A DNA stretch of 45,373 nucleotides from the NCBI GenBank assembly GCA_013265495.1, contig MU058337.1, forward strand, positions 7,298,716-7,344,088, read 5' to 3'. Source of the stretch: Vicugna vicugna. Taxonomy: Eukaryota. The position numbers were made by a program, and so were the translations under genes. The notes beneath the pieces are model-generated. The model saw nothing but the letters and a program-made list of their open reading frames with translations, was not told where the DNA came from and searched no databases. Positions 1-11,000 of the stretch are shown here, one piece after another. The number at the start of each line of letters is the position of its first letter. Position 1 is the first letter of the stretch.

Positions 1-1904
1 ACCCTGCCCCTGCTCTGGTTGTGGTTCTGAGCCGGCCTGACCCCACCTGCGGCAGCAAATGTGACATCAGCCACACACGGGTGCCTTCTCGAAGGGGCTG
101 CGAAGAGGTTGCCTCCCTGATTCCGTTTGGAAGCTTGGAGAGCCCACTGAAAAGATGGTAACTTTAAGAAGAACCAGTGGGGCAGGGCCTGGAGTCCTTT
201 TGTGTCGGGAGCAAGTCTGTTTTTGGGTGCACGTCTTTATTATTTCAACCTGGATCTTCAGACTTGTCCTGGTGGGGGAAGTAATTCCCCTTTCACGGCG
301 GGGAGGGGTCCTGAGTCATTTGGGATGCAGTGATGTCCTGGGCAGGGAGGGGTCTGCTGCCACAGTGTGGGCACAGGTAGCTGTCCCCCTTCCTGTCTGC
401 ACGTCCTCTCCCACAGTGGCCAGAAACCCTCTGGGGCCCTGCCACCCTCACTCAGTCTGCTGTGGATCAGGAGCCCAGGTATTTGGCTAGGCTGAGAGTG
501 TGATGACTGTGGACCAGAATGTTCCATGGGAGCGCTGAGGACCCTGTGAGGAGCATCGCCTGGGAATTCAGACCTCAGAGTTAGTGACAGCTAATTTTGT
601 GCTTAGAGGTCTTTTTTTGCTTCATGCTTCTGGAGGGTTGAGGTTTCTAAACTCTGTCCTCTGAATCAAAGCCGAGTCACTCTACTTTGGCTGGGGGTGT
701 GAGCCGCACTTAAATATACGATACTTGAGGGTGCATTCCAGCCAGGGCGGGTTTGTTGCATTTTTCATTTTATTTGTTATTCAAGGGTTTAGGTCTCTTT
801 TCGGGGAGACAGCAGCTCTGGGGGTCCCTGTGGGGCGGAGTTCTCAGGGAAAGGGTAAGCTTTGGAGAGCTGCACTGGCCGTCCTTCTTCCTCAGCTGGA
901 GAGCAGTGTTGGACCAGTTCCCCCTCCTTGCCCTATGCTGGCTTCCATTAGTGACTTTCCCCTGCACCTGGCTGCAAGGTCTGAGATTTTGTTCTCTCTG
1001 GGAATCTCCACAGCAACCCCATTCTTGTCAGGCTTGCGTGTTAGGAGTTTGAGTTTGTAAATGGTGGGGTCTGGACTTAAACTGAGTTACTGCAGCCGTA
1101 CACAGTAGTGTTAATACTTGGATGTGTGGATGGAGAAACACAGTAAAGGACAAAGACTCAGGAAGCACACTCCCGTGTCCACTTTCCCGGGGGCCTGCTT
1201 TGCTTCCCCTCAGCGTCACTGTTTCCCCTCCATGAGGAAGACTTGATACAGAAAGGTGCAGTGGAAACTGGGCGCCAGGAAGCCTGAGTATTTACAGATC
1301 TCAGCCATGTGATGTTCACTGTGTGTTTCTTCAGCCGAAGTAAATGGGCTTTCTCTCTTGTACGCTGTTTCTTGTCTCTAAGAGATCAGCTATATGATGA
1401 TTTTCCGAAAAGCACGGAGTGGTAGATGGGTGTGAGGAATTCCATGGTGCTCTTTAAATTGAACTGGAATCTGTTAGGGCTGGTTCGGTTTTAGTTATCA
1501 GTAACATGCAGGGCTGGGAGGAAGTTGGAACCAACCTCCAGGTAGAGTGATTTTTTTTTTTTTTGACTGTGCAAAGGATGAGTATATTGTTTTTGTCAGT
1601 CTTTTTGCCCATTACATGACAGACAAGAAAGACAGCTGGAATAGTCCATACTCAGCTGTATTACTTAGGTTTTTTGCACACCTTCTAACCGTTTGCTTAA
1701 TTAAGTCCCCGTTGACAGCACTTAGAGTGACCAACAGAGCAGTCAACACCGGGGCTGGTGGACTGTGGTGCTGAGAGAAGGGAACTCATGAGAGCTGAGT
1801 ACCACGTCCAGAAGGTGAAGCAGTCTTGTGAAGATCTCAGTCTTCAAGCTGGGAAAAGAAATAAGTTATAAATGGCTGATGACTAAAGGAAATTAAATCA
1901 CTGA

Positions 1905-2010
1905 ACCATCCCCTCTTCAAAGATCCGGAAACCACAACACAAAGGTTATTGCCGGAGGTCATCCAGCAAGAATGTGGCCCTGCCAGGCTTTGAACTGCAC
2001 CCTTCAGCTC
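1905..2010 (-). mobile_element. MIR fragment
   Basis: Decayed core: ATCCCCTCTTCAAAGATCCGGAAAC...GGTCATCCAGCAAG...TTTGAAC. Confidence 0.45.
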
Positions 2011-2779
2011 GACACTTCACACTTAGACCACGAGGAAGTGTAGGAGGAAGTGTATTGTGTTCCTAGATCAAAACAGCAGATGCTGGAAACCTGGGATTAA
2101 GTAGGACCTACCACATGAGTTCTCTGGAGTGAGAAATGTAGCAGGCAGTATATTTTTACTCAGTGCTGCATGCTTTTTGCTGCAGTGCTAGTTGAGAAAA
2201 TAAAAGCTTAAACTGCAAAGCAAGATCGATAGAGTCCTTCCTTTAATAATCGTGCTCTACCGAAACACCCTCCTGTCCAGCGCTACTCAGTAGACAGAAT
2301 GGTTTCACTCACGGTGTTTAATTCCCCTGGGACGGTGTCTTGTGCACTTAGTCATTTGGCTGCTTCTAAGTCAAAAATAACGAATCTGTCATGAAAGAAC
2401 TGAATTCAGATTGTAATTTTCTTGAACCTTCACTTTTTTGAAATCTGATACTTATGTCATGCTATTTCCTCACTACCCACAGCCCCAAAGGTTTTTATAA
2501 TATTGCTGTTACAAAAACATAAGGAAAACAATTTATCTTTTTAAACTTTGAACAGAGACAAACACCGCACTTGGTGGGTGGTCGGTCGGGATCCGTCCAG
2601 TAGTGTCGGTCCCGCGGTGATCCGCTCGGGGCCCCGGCACACGCCGGCTTGGCGGCCCGTACAGCTGATCTGTTCTGGTGCTCGAGGGGGTGGAAGAGGA
2701 GACAGGGATGCCGGTTTCTGTAAATCATGAGGCAATAGAAGACGACGAAATTTTGTATTTTGTTTTGTTTTTCAAAAAG

Positions 2780-2900
2780 TCATTCGTCCAGCGGACATTG
2801 AGCGCTCATCACATGCCAGGGATTTTGCTAGATGCCAGATAAGACGGGTCGAATGAAGTCTTTGCCCGACCTCTCCCGCAGTCACTTGGGGGAGATGGGT
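2780..2900 (-). mobile_element. L2 3'-end fragment
   Basis: CATTCGTCCAGCGGACATTGAGCGCTCATCACATGCCAGG resembles the L2 terminus CATTCATTCAACAAACATTTATTGAGCGCCTACTATGTGCCAGG. Confidence 0.55.
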
Positions 2901-2920
2901 GAATAGAGAAAAAGTGCGTT

Positions 2921-3530
2921 TTTCTTTTAAACTGCTTTGTTGTAGTTGTATTTCATGTATCATAAAATGCCCATCCTTCAAGTGTACAGTTCAGTGATTT
3001 TTAGTGACTTTGGCCAAGTGGCGAAACCATCACCATAAATCAGTGTAGAACTTTTCATGGCCCAGTATGACCCCTTGTGCGCGTTTACAGGTAACCTCCG
3101 TTCCACCCCAACCCCAGGACACCCCTAATCTACTTTTTGTGTCCATTAGTTTGCCTTTTCTGCGCATTTCGTATCAGTGGAGTCCTATGGTATGTGGTCC
3201 CTCGTGACTGGCTTCTTTGGCCTGGTGTAGTGTTTCTCAGGCTTGTGACAGCGCGCGCTTCAGTAGTTTGTGCCCGTTTATTGCTGAATAACATCCCATA
3301 GAGGGCTGTGCTTCTGTCGGTTCACCCGCTGATGGACACTGAGGTCTCCAGCGTTTGGCTGTTATGAATAGAGCTGCTACGCTCGTTTGCGTGTACGTCT
3401 TTGAGTGGACGTGTGTTTTCAGTTCTCTTGGGAGTGGAATTGCTGGGACACGTGGTGGTTTTATGCTTAACTTTTTGAGGAATTGCCAAACTGCTTTCTG
3501 AACTGGCTGCAGCATTTTGCATCCCTCCAG
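2921..3530 (-). mobile_element. Old L1 (L1MB/L1MC-like) 3' UTR and ORF2 end
   Basis: AAGTGTACAGTTCAGTGATTTTTAGT...ACCATCACCA 3' UTR motifs. ORF 3237-3515 (VWQFLKKL...PAIPL...AALFITAKRW...CPS) resembles the L1 ORF2 C-terminus. Confidence 0.85.
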
Positions 3531-4190
3531 TAAGTTAATGAAGGAAAGGACAACTTACTGTGATTTTCATAGATTTACTGCTGCTTCCAATATAACATTG
3601 ATACGTTACATCAATATGGCAAAATGGAGACCAGCAATCTAATAACGAAGAGTTGGATTACATTAGTCACTCTTCTGGGGGCATTTTAGGGTTACATCTA
3701 GCTTAACCCACCCACAGAAGAGGTGAGGGCTTCAGGGCAACATGATTGGAGTGAGCAGGATGGAACCTGAAAAACTGTGCACAAGGTGGGCAGCAGGCCG
3801 AGATAATAGAAATAATTTGTCTTTTCTGTTTTATTTTGATGGAATAACTCTCTTACGTAATTTTTGGTTATTAACTCATTTCTTTCAATCATCCCCCTGA
3901 ACCCCAGCCCTAGACTCCTTTGCCTCCTCATTTGGTTTTCCTTATGGCATCTTCCAGAAAGCATGACAGGTTTTGAGAGGGCAGAACAAAGTGATATCTC
4001 TACTGTGGTTTTTTCCAATAATGATGAAATTCTTTCATCAGTTTGTTGTCTAATGAAGGAGCAAGCAAGAAAGAAGGGCTGTCAGGGGCTGTGTGGGAAC
4101 AAGACAGTGAGCCTGGGGGGTGAGGTGCTAGGTGGGCCACTGTGGGAAGTGCTCCCTAGAGTGGTGATTCCAGCACAGGGAGTGTTCCTG

Positions 4191-4192
<2 letters not shown>

Positions 4193-4245
<53 letters not shown>

Positions 4246-4272
4246 GGAAAGAGACAGACAGACAGACAGACA
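4193..4272. repeat. Compound microsatellite (GT)17(GA)9...(GACA)5
   Basis: Read directly from the sequence. Confidence 0.97.
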
Positions 4273-4689
4273 GAGGATGGGAGGAGGAGAAGAAAGGCCC
4301 ATGGGGGGAGATGGTGAGACGGGGCATATAAGATGGGCTGACATCCCCTGGAGCTGAAGGTCAGCTTCAGGTGCAGATAAGCTAAGGGAGGGGGGATTAG
4401 CAGTGGCCCTAAAGCAGAGTGATGGCCCAGGTGGTGACTTTTCTCTTTGCTGAAACCTGAACTCTGCTGTGATCCTCAGGAAGGAGGTTCTGGAAATGCT
4501 GAGAATGTTCTGGTTCCCTGTGGATTGGCGACACTGATGCAGGGTGACAGAAAGCAGGTCTCTGTTGTGATGGCGGAGCTGGGTTGAGGGTGATGCAGCA
4601 GAGGGTGGGCTGACCGTGAGCTTGAGCTGAACCCTGGGCTGGTGGTGGAAGACAGGGAGAGGGGATAACCCACACAGACGCGTAGCTTA

Positions 4690-4835
4690 GCTCATTTCAT
4701 CCTCCCACAGCCTTTGATGTAGGTGCTCCTTACCCCTTTTACAGAAGCGGAATCTGAGGCCCCAGGCAACGACGTGACTTCTGGAGGGTCCCTCATCAGA
4801 TCTGGGAATCAGATCCAGGCAACTGGGCTCCAGGG
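4690..4835 (-). mobile_element. MIR
   Basis: CTCATTTCATCCTC...CCCCTTTTACAGAAGCGGAATCTGAGGCCCCAG...GTGACTT core. Confidence 0.7.
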
Positions 4836-5394
4836 GCTGCTCTCTCTGCTGCTGTCAGGATGAGAGACAGCGGGAATGGACCCAAATGAGCACTAGAAAT
4901 AACATCTTGCTTCCTGTTTAAGGTTCCCTACCTACGAGGGCAGCGCTCCCTTCCCTGGGGGTCACCATCTGGGCTGTCCGTCTGTGCCCTGGGTGCACCA
5001 GCCGGTTCTTTATTCCGGGAGGGTCTGCCTGCCTCCTCTTTGCGAAAGGGCAGCTTGGGCCTTGCTAATTCATGCCACGGACATTTATTGAGGGTTCCTC
5101 TGTGCCAGGCCTAGACTGTTTGAAATGAGCCCATTCTGTGCAGGAGCCAGCAGTGGAAGGGCCAGAGGTTAGAGCCGGCATGGGTGAAGAGTCTCGCTCT
5201 AGCCTGACGTGTGCTTTCATTGTGAGAGCCTGTGTACATCCCAGTGGTCCTCCACACGTCCGAACGTAATACCTGGAGGGCTGGCTTGAACCTGCCTGAG
5301 GACCATGGTGCAAAGCTGTCTCTGTACAAATGTCCTTAACAGGGAGCCATTCCACCAGAGCTGGCGTTTTAGGGGTCTCGGTGTAAGGCAACAG

Positions 5395-5570
5395 GAAGAA
5401 CATTGGCTTCAGAGCTAAGCTCCATCCCTCTGGCTCTGTCCTCGAGTTCATGATGCACACACGAAACCTCCACTTTGTCACCTGTTAGGGCAGCCTCTTC
5501 GGAGGGCTGAGGAAGGAGGTGATGGACTCCCCAAGTGAAGACAGCTCTGGGTGCATTACAAGTGCTCACA
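5395..5570 (+). mobile_element. MIR (degenerate)
   Basis: AGAACATTGGCTTCAGAG...AACCTCCACTTTGTCACCTGTTA...AAGTGCTCA. Confidence 0.45.
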
Positions 5571-6574
5571 CCGTGCTGCTTTCTTCCTCTCCCTTTGGGC
5601 AGCTGGGGGGCAGGCGGGTGGAGGAGCGTGGCAGTGAGGACGGGGACGGGCGTTTCTTCCTTCTGTGGAGTGATGCACGGGAGTTATTTCTGAGCGGTCA
5701 CGACAGCTCCTGTGCTGCGCGCTGGAAATGGGTTCCCTCCACAGGATCGGACAGTGCGGGAGGCAATGGATAGTCTTACATACTGACCATCTTAATGGTC
5801 TGGCGTAGGAATGGGCAGAGTACAGCTGCCTGCTTTTGCTGGCTTTGAGCTCAGAATGGGTTTTTATGTTTTCAGATGGTTGTAGAGAGAGACAATATGT
5901 AACAGAGCCCACAGCCCAAGGTGTGTGCTGTCTGGCCCTCGCAGAAGGGGCTGGCCACCCTGCCCTTGCCACTGCCCGCAGTCCTTGCCCTCCCGAGGTG
6001 ACACAGCATGGCTGACTGGGTGGCAGTCGTCTCCTTGGTGACACGGGGCCACAGGACTTCTGTGGGATGTGAGATCGGCTGACTGCATGCATCGCACACC
6101 CTCTCTTGCCGCCTCTCCTAGGGATAGATGGACGCTCGGGGACCACCTCCCCCACCGAGGGCGGGAGACGTGCCTTCCTATTGTGATAAATCAACTTTTT
6201 CCGTGACCTTAGCTGTTCTATTCCAGCCATTTTCCCCTGATGCCTCTAAAAGCTGAAGGATTTTCAGGTAAAGGAAATGTGATTATTGATTGAAATACAG
6301 ATATGCCCAAATGTATTTGGCCTGGTTTTTAGAATAGTCAGAGTTCCCAGATACTCACTGTTGTTACTGCAAGCTTGTACGAAATACACACAGGAAGGTG
6401 AGTTCACCCACAGGGGACTGGAGGCAGCATCAGTAGTCCCACTGCTGGGGGTAGCATTCCAGCGTGGTCACCCCAGGGCAGGCCTTCCAGCTCAGGCCTC
6501 TCCTGTCGGGCCTCCCACCAGGCTGGCAGCTTACCTGCACCTTCAGTCTAGAGGCTGACCCACCATGCATAGAC

Positions 6575-6745
6575 AGAGGGCTTTGCCTCCACTCACCAGC
6601 TGCGGGGGGCCCTGTGTAAGTGACCTGCCCTCTGCACCCCGGGTTTCTCGGCTGTGGCATGAGGATCGTGGTCCCCTTCTCCTGGGCTAGTTGTGAGATC
6701 TGGAAAGGGGTATTTACGACAAGTGCTTAGCGCCAGGCTTTGCAT
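6575..6745 (+). mobile_element. MIR
   Basis: CCACTCACCAGCTG...AAGTGACCTGCCCTCTGCACCCCGGGTTTCTC...GTTGTGAGA...AAGTGCTTAGC. Confidence 0.65.
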
Positions 6746-8315
6746 GGCGGGGCTTTTGGAAGCAGGAGCTGCTGCTGTTTGTCAGGGCTTCTTACTGTAG
6801 GTTAGGGTCAGAATATTTTCCAGGGCAGGTTTGTTATTTGCGTTTTGGTTTTTAATAAAGGAGATGCCAGGATTCATTTCTCAGTGAGTGGTGTAATTTA
6901 TTTGGAATGCACTACATATCTTTCATCACGTGCTTGCCCAACAAAGCCGGCCTGATTTCGGTCCTTGACTTGGCATCTGGGCCTGCTCATCACCTCTGAG
7001 AAACCCCAGGCCTTCATCTTTGATCCAGGGAGCCTTTTGCTGAAGAAAAGTGCTTCCAGCATCCCTGGGGAGGCCTGGTGGGGAGACTTTGGGATGCGGA
7101 AGCTTCGTTGGGGCCAAGTTTGCACTGAGCTTTGTGACCCTGGGCCAGTCGAAGCCCCAGGGCCTCGGTTCCTCGGCTGGCTCTGCCATCCAGGGGGCGT
7201 GAGCCAGTCTAGCACTGTGCCGGGAGCGTGGGCACTGGGCGGGAGGATGGCAGAAGAGTAGCCAGAGCCCTGGAGCCCTGTGTTCAGTCCATGCTGAGAC
7301 AGAGCCTGACCCTGAGCAAACGAGGGCAGCCTTGGGGCCTGGCCCTCATCCCCACGCAGACCAGGAGCCGTGCTCTCCCCAGGGTGGCTTCTCCCTGACC
7401 TCTGACCTCACCGAGCTCCAGACACCCGTGGGGGCTGGGGGTGTTGATTAGGTACTGAGGCCAGAAGTCATAGCTTCACCTAGGTGCTTGCTGTCACCTT
7501 TTTCACATTTTCTAAAAATCATATTTCTTATTAGCCAGAGTAGCCTCTATTTTAATCATCCATATAAGAGGACTAGAATGCTCCTACTAGGATTCCCTAC
7601 CTATTAAGGACAGAGTTTTGGGAAAATTTCTAGTAATTTGGATAGGCAGGTCTAGATATAAAGTTGTAAATTTTACATCTCTTTGTCTCAGTTTTCTTTT
7701 TTGTCAAATACTGCAGAATATTTACACAGATAGATTGAAACAAAGGTGTAGACTATGGTGAAATGAGTTCACTGAGCCGGATGGTGGGGTATTTATAATA
7801 TGTGAAGAGAGCTCAGGTAGAGAGACTGGAATGAATGTACGCCTCAGAAGAGGAAGTAATCTGCTGTGGAAGCAGTTCAGGGGAACTCACACCGTAGTGA
7901 CAGGTAGAGTTAGTGTGTTGTGGAGAATGCGTGTTTCTGTAACCCTGTGGTTTAGGCCTCAAATTTAAAAATGACCTTTCGTCAGTTAGCTAGGACCGAG
8001 ACTTTTCTTCTGAAGAATATTTGAAGATAGGAGAAATGTCAATTCTTTGAACTAACCGGAGCCACCTGCTATTTAAAGCTCTTTATTCGGTGAATGTTTT
8101 TATTTTGGAGACCTTAAATCAACCAACTAGTTAGCATGAAACACGTGGGGCTAGAGGCAGAGAGGGGTGTCCTCGGTGGTCAGCGAGGCAGGAAGACGGG
8201 AAAGGATTGGAGAGGGAAGGATGGAGACCGTGAGCAGCAGGGAGACACCGCGCCCCCTGCTCTGATGTGATCCAGGAGTTCTCCAGGTGTGCCTGCTGGC
8301 GGCCTCCTGGACCAG

Positions 8316-8462
8316 ACCACTACTCTCCACCTTGGCCGCATGCTGAAATCTTCTAGGGGGAGGTTTGAATAATACTGGTGCTGGGGTCCTTTCCCCAGAG
8401 GTTTGGATTTAATGGTCCAGGGTGGGGCTGGCTGGCGTGCAGCCTGTGCTGGGAACCACCAA
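8316..8462. mobile_element. MER5-type hAT-Charlie MITE
   Basis: CCTTGGCCGCATGCTGAAATC...CCCCAGAGGTTTGGATTTAATGGTCCAGGGTGGGGC...GGGAACCAC. Confidence 0.6.
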
Positions 8463-9083
8463 TCCTGCGTGGGGAGGCCGTCCGTGTGGACCCTCATGGT
8501 ATCTATTCCGTCCCTATGGTTTCTGCTCCCCGCTGAGGGGGCTGAGGCCATCACAGAGACGGCAGACACCACTGTGTGGGGCCTTCTTCCTTCCAGCCAG
8601 GACCCCACCACTGTCATTAGTACCCTTGAGGGGTGTGGGCCGACTGAGAAGGAAACACGCTGCAGGTTTGAGTCTGCTTTTCCCGGGGAGCTGGGGTCCT
8701 GAGTCAGCGTTTGGGATAAGAGAGAAAGTCCTGACCTGAGACCTCGTCAGGTCAGAGCCAGGAGCTCTGTTCTCCTCCGGCTGCGTCTGGGGCTGGCTGC
8801 TGGGGGCATGGGCACGTGAGCCCACAGCAGGAGGATGTGGGGGAAAGACCCAGTGATAAAGAGGGAGCTTTAAACTTGTTAGAATGAGAGAAAACCTTTA
8901 TTGGTTGATAGACTTGATTGGCAAACTGCCCAGTTTCACTTTGAGTACAGAATTCGTCTTGAAATGCAACGGTTAGATTAAACTGATGAGACATGTTTTC
9001 AGGGCATTTTATTTGTTACTGATTTAGCTTAAGGATATCTTCTTTATGGAAAGAATAATTTGTATTAAAAAGTAGGAATGTAA

Positions 9084-9206
9084 GGGAGTGGTAGAGTGCA
9101 TGCTTAGCATGCATGAGGTCCTGGGTTCAATCCCCAGTACTTCCATTAAAATAAATAAATCAACCTAATCACCCTCCCCCAAAACAAAAAACAGAACAAA
9201 ACAAAT
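9084..9206 (+). mobile_element. tRNA-derived SINE (Vic-1-like), 5' end shortened
   Basis: AGTGGTAGAG A-box remnant, GGTTCAATCC B-box, AATAAA-rich and A-rich tail. Degenerate 14-bp TSD AAGTAGGAATGTAA (9070-9083) / AAGTAGAAATATAA (9207-9220). Confidence 0.88.
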
Positions 9207-9479
9207 AAGTAGAAATATAAAGTTAAGCCCCACTTTAAAATGACAATAGTTTTTCAGTCTTGTTGGGACTATGTTGCATTGTGTTACTACACACGGTCTG
9301 TTCTCAGTCACTGTCTTGGCCAGTGTTTAGGTGGTTTCTAAATATGTCTCCAAAACCGAGTGCTGTTCAGAGACGTCTCACGTGGTCTCAGGTGTGCTTG
9401 CGGCGTGTCCACGCTGGTGCTGCAGGTAATGCGGCGCCTCATCTCTGCAGGAGGGTTTGCGGTGCACCCTGCTCTTAGG

Positions 9480-9620
9480 CTGATTTGATCCTCTGACAAA
9501 CCTGTGAGGTAAATAACTTCAGACACCATTGTTGCAATTTGCTGAGAAGGTAACTTGCTCAAGGCCATGCAGCGAAGTGTCACGGCAGGAGGAAAGCTGG
9601 GGCTTTGGAGTCTTGACTCT
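9480..9620 (-). mobile_element. MIR
   Basis: ATTTGATCCTC...CCTGTGAGGTA...GGTAACTTGCTCAAGGCCA...TGACTC. Confidence 0.6.
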
Positions 9621-10819
9621 GTGCTCTTCCTGCTGTGTTTTGCTGGTGGAGCTGGGCAGCCGGTGCTCAGCATGCTTGCCGTTTGGAATCAGAGGACCAC
9701 GAGTTCTGCTTCAGGGTCTGTCACATGCACTGTGTCCTTGGACACATCCCACAATCCCACAGTCGCCAGAAGATGGGATGGCTCCTCCTGTGGGCGCACC
9801 CTCAGAAATAGCACTCCTTTTTCTTGCGGCTTTGTTCCACCCAGGCCACATCCAAGGCCAGAGGTTCACGGCCTTTGACTGCAGCTCTTTGTGACCGAGG
9901 GGAGGCCAGGACCCTCATTTATGGGTGTCAGCTTGCAGCTGCCTGTGCATTCAAGTCTTACGCAGATTGTTTTGCAAGATGATCTCTTAGGTTCAAGTTT
10001 CTGCTCAGAAATTGTCAGTAGGCTTCCTCTTTCACAAACTGTGAAAGTACGTGTTTCTGTTCACGAAGCGCGTGGCCCTCTTGACAGGCTGGTCGGGTGT
10101 CCTGTGCCTTCTGCATCTTGCCTTTGCTGCAACTCCCTGGGCGAGGCCTGCTGTGCTTCCCCATTTAAAATCCCTTCTGTTCATGTAACTTGAGGCCCTT
10201 CTCCTGAGGCTACCGAGGGAGTTGAGCCTTCTTTCCTTCCCTATTTTAAGGGACTTAGTAGTTACCATTATAGGAAAGTTAAAAAGAGAGGTTTTTGGAA
10301 GGTTCTCATAGTTGGGATCTTTGGTTTGTTTACAGCTCTGAGCATCATTTCTTAGCCCTCAGAGCCTAATCCTTCCAGTGGGGTCATTGCATCAGTGGCT
10401 CAGGGACCGCCTCCTTTGGAGCTTCATATCACAACACCCTCCAGGCCTCAGGGCCTTCCGGCCTCCCTGGCTGGTGGTTCATTTAGCTGCACCACGTGTG
10501 GCCTCTGCACCTAGGGAGTTCTGCAGATGTTTCCTTCTCTCTGAGGATGCTCACTCCGGCCCCCTAGAATTCTCCTTGTCCCCTTCCTGAGGGAGAAGAG
10601 GCTGCGTTATTTTAGTTGCTTTTAGGATAGTGCCTTGGGAGGTGCGCTGGCTTGTGAGTCCCGTGATCTGGATTTTGCTTCTGGCTCTAGTTTAAGTGAG
10701 AGGCTTCTAAGAAACTACTGAACCTTGACCAAGTACCATCAGAAAGAACAGCTCAGAGTTAAGACCAGCAGAAGACAGCAGCAGCAGAGATGGCCTCTCT
10801 GCTGAGGACTGGCTTCCCA

Positions 10820-11000
10820 GCAGACACCATGCAGAGAGCTTTCCTTGTGGTCTTATTTTACCCTTCCAGCATCCGAAGAAGTAGGTAGTGTTACCCTGTT
10901 TCCCAGATACGGAAACAGGCTGGGTGGTTCAGGGACTTGCTGGTAACTGGGTGGAGCTGAGATCTGAACTTGTGCTGTTTGGACTCCAAGTGCCTGTGGC
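10820..11000 (-). mobile_element. MIR
   Basis: GTAGGTAGTGTTACCCTGTTTCCCAGATACGGAAAC...GAGCTGAGATCTGAAC...GACTCCAA. Confidence 0.65.

Noticed and set aside
5556..6230. 224-aa minus-strand ORF, and similar ones at 42179-42898, 29693-30280 and 35688-36242
   Set aside because: No protein-family motifs; Pro/Arg/Gly/Ser-rich translations are typical of non-coding GC-rich DNA.
7093..7205. LCHPGG followed by GTGAG, resembling the MST3b N-terminus LPHPGGST
   Set aside because: Upstream residues do not match, ST is missing, and the stretch overlaps MIR-like sequence. Likely coincidence.
9084..9145. tRNA-like sequence (also 30330-30400)
   Set aside because: Has A-rich tails and TSDs and an incomplete or rearranged cloverleaf: SINEs, not tRNA genes.
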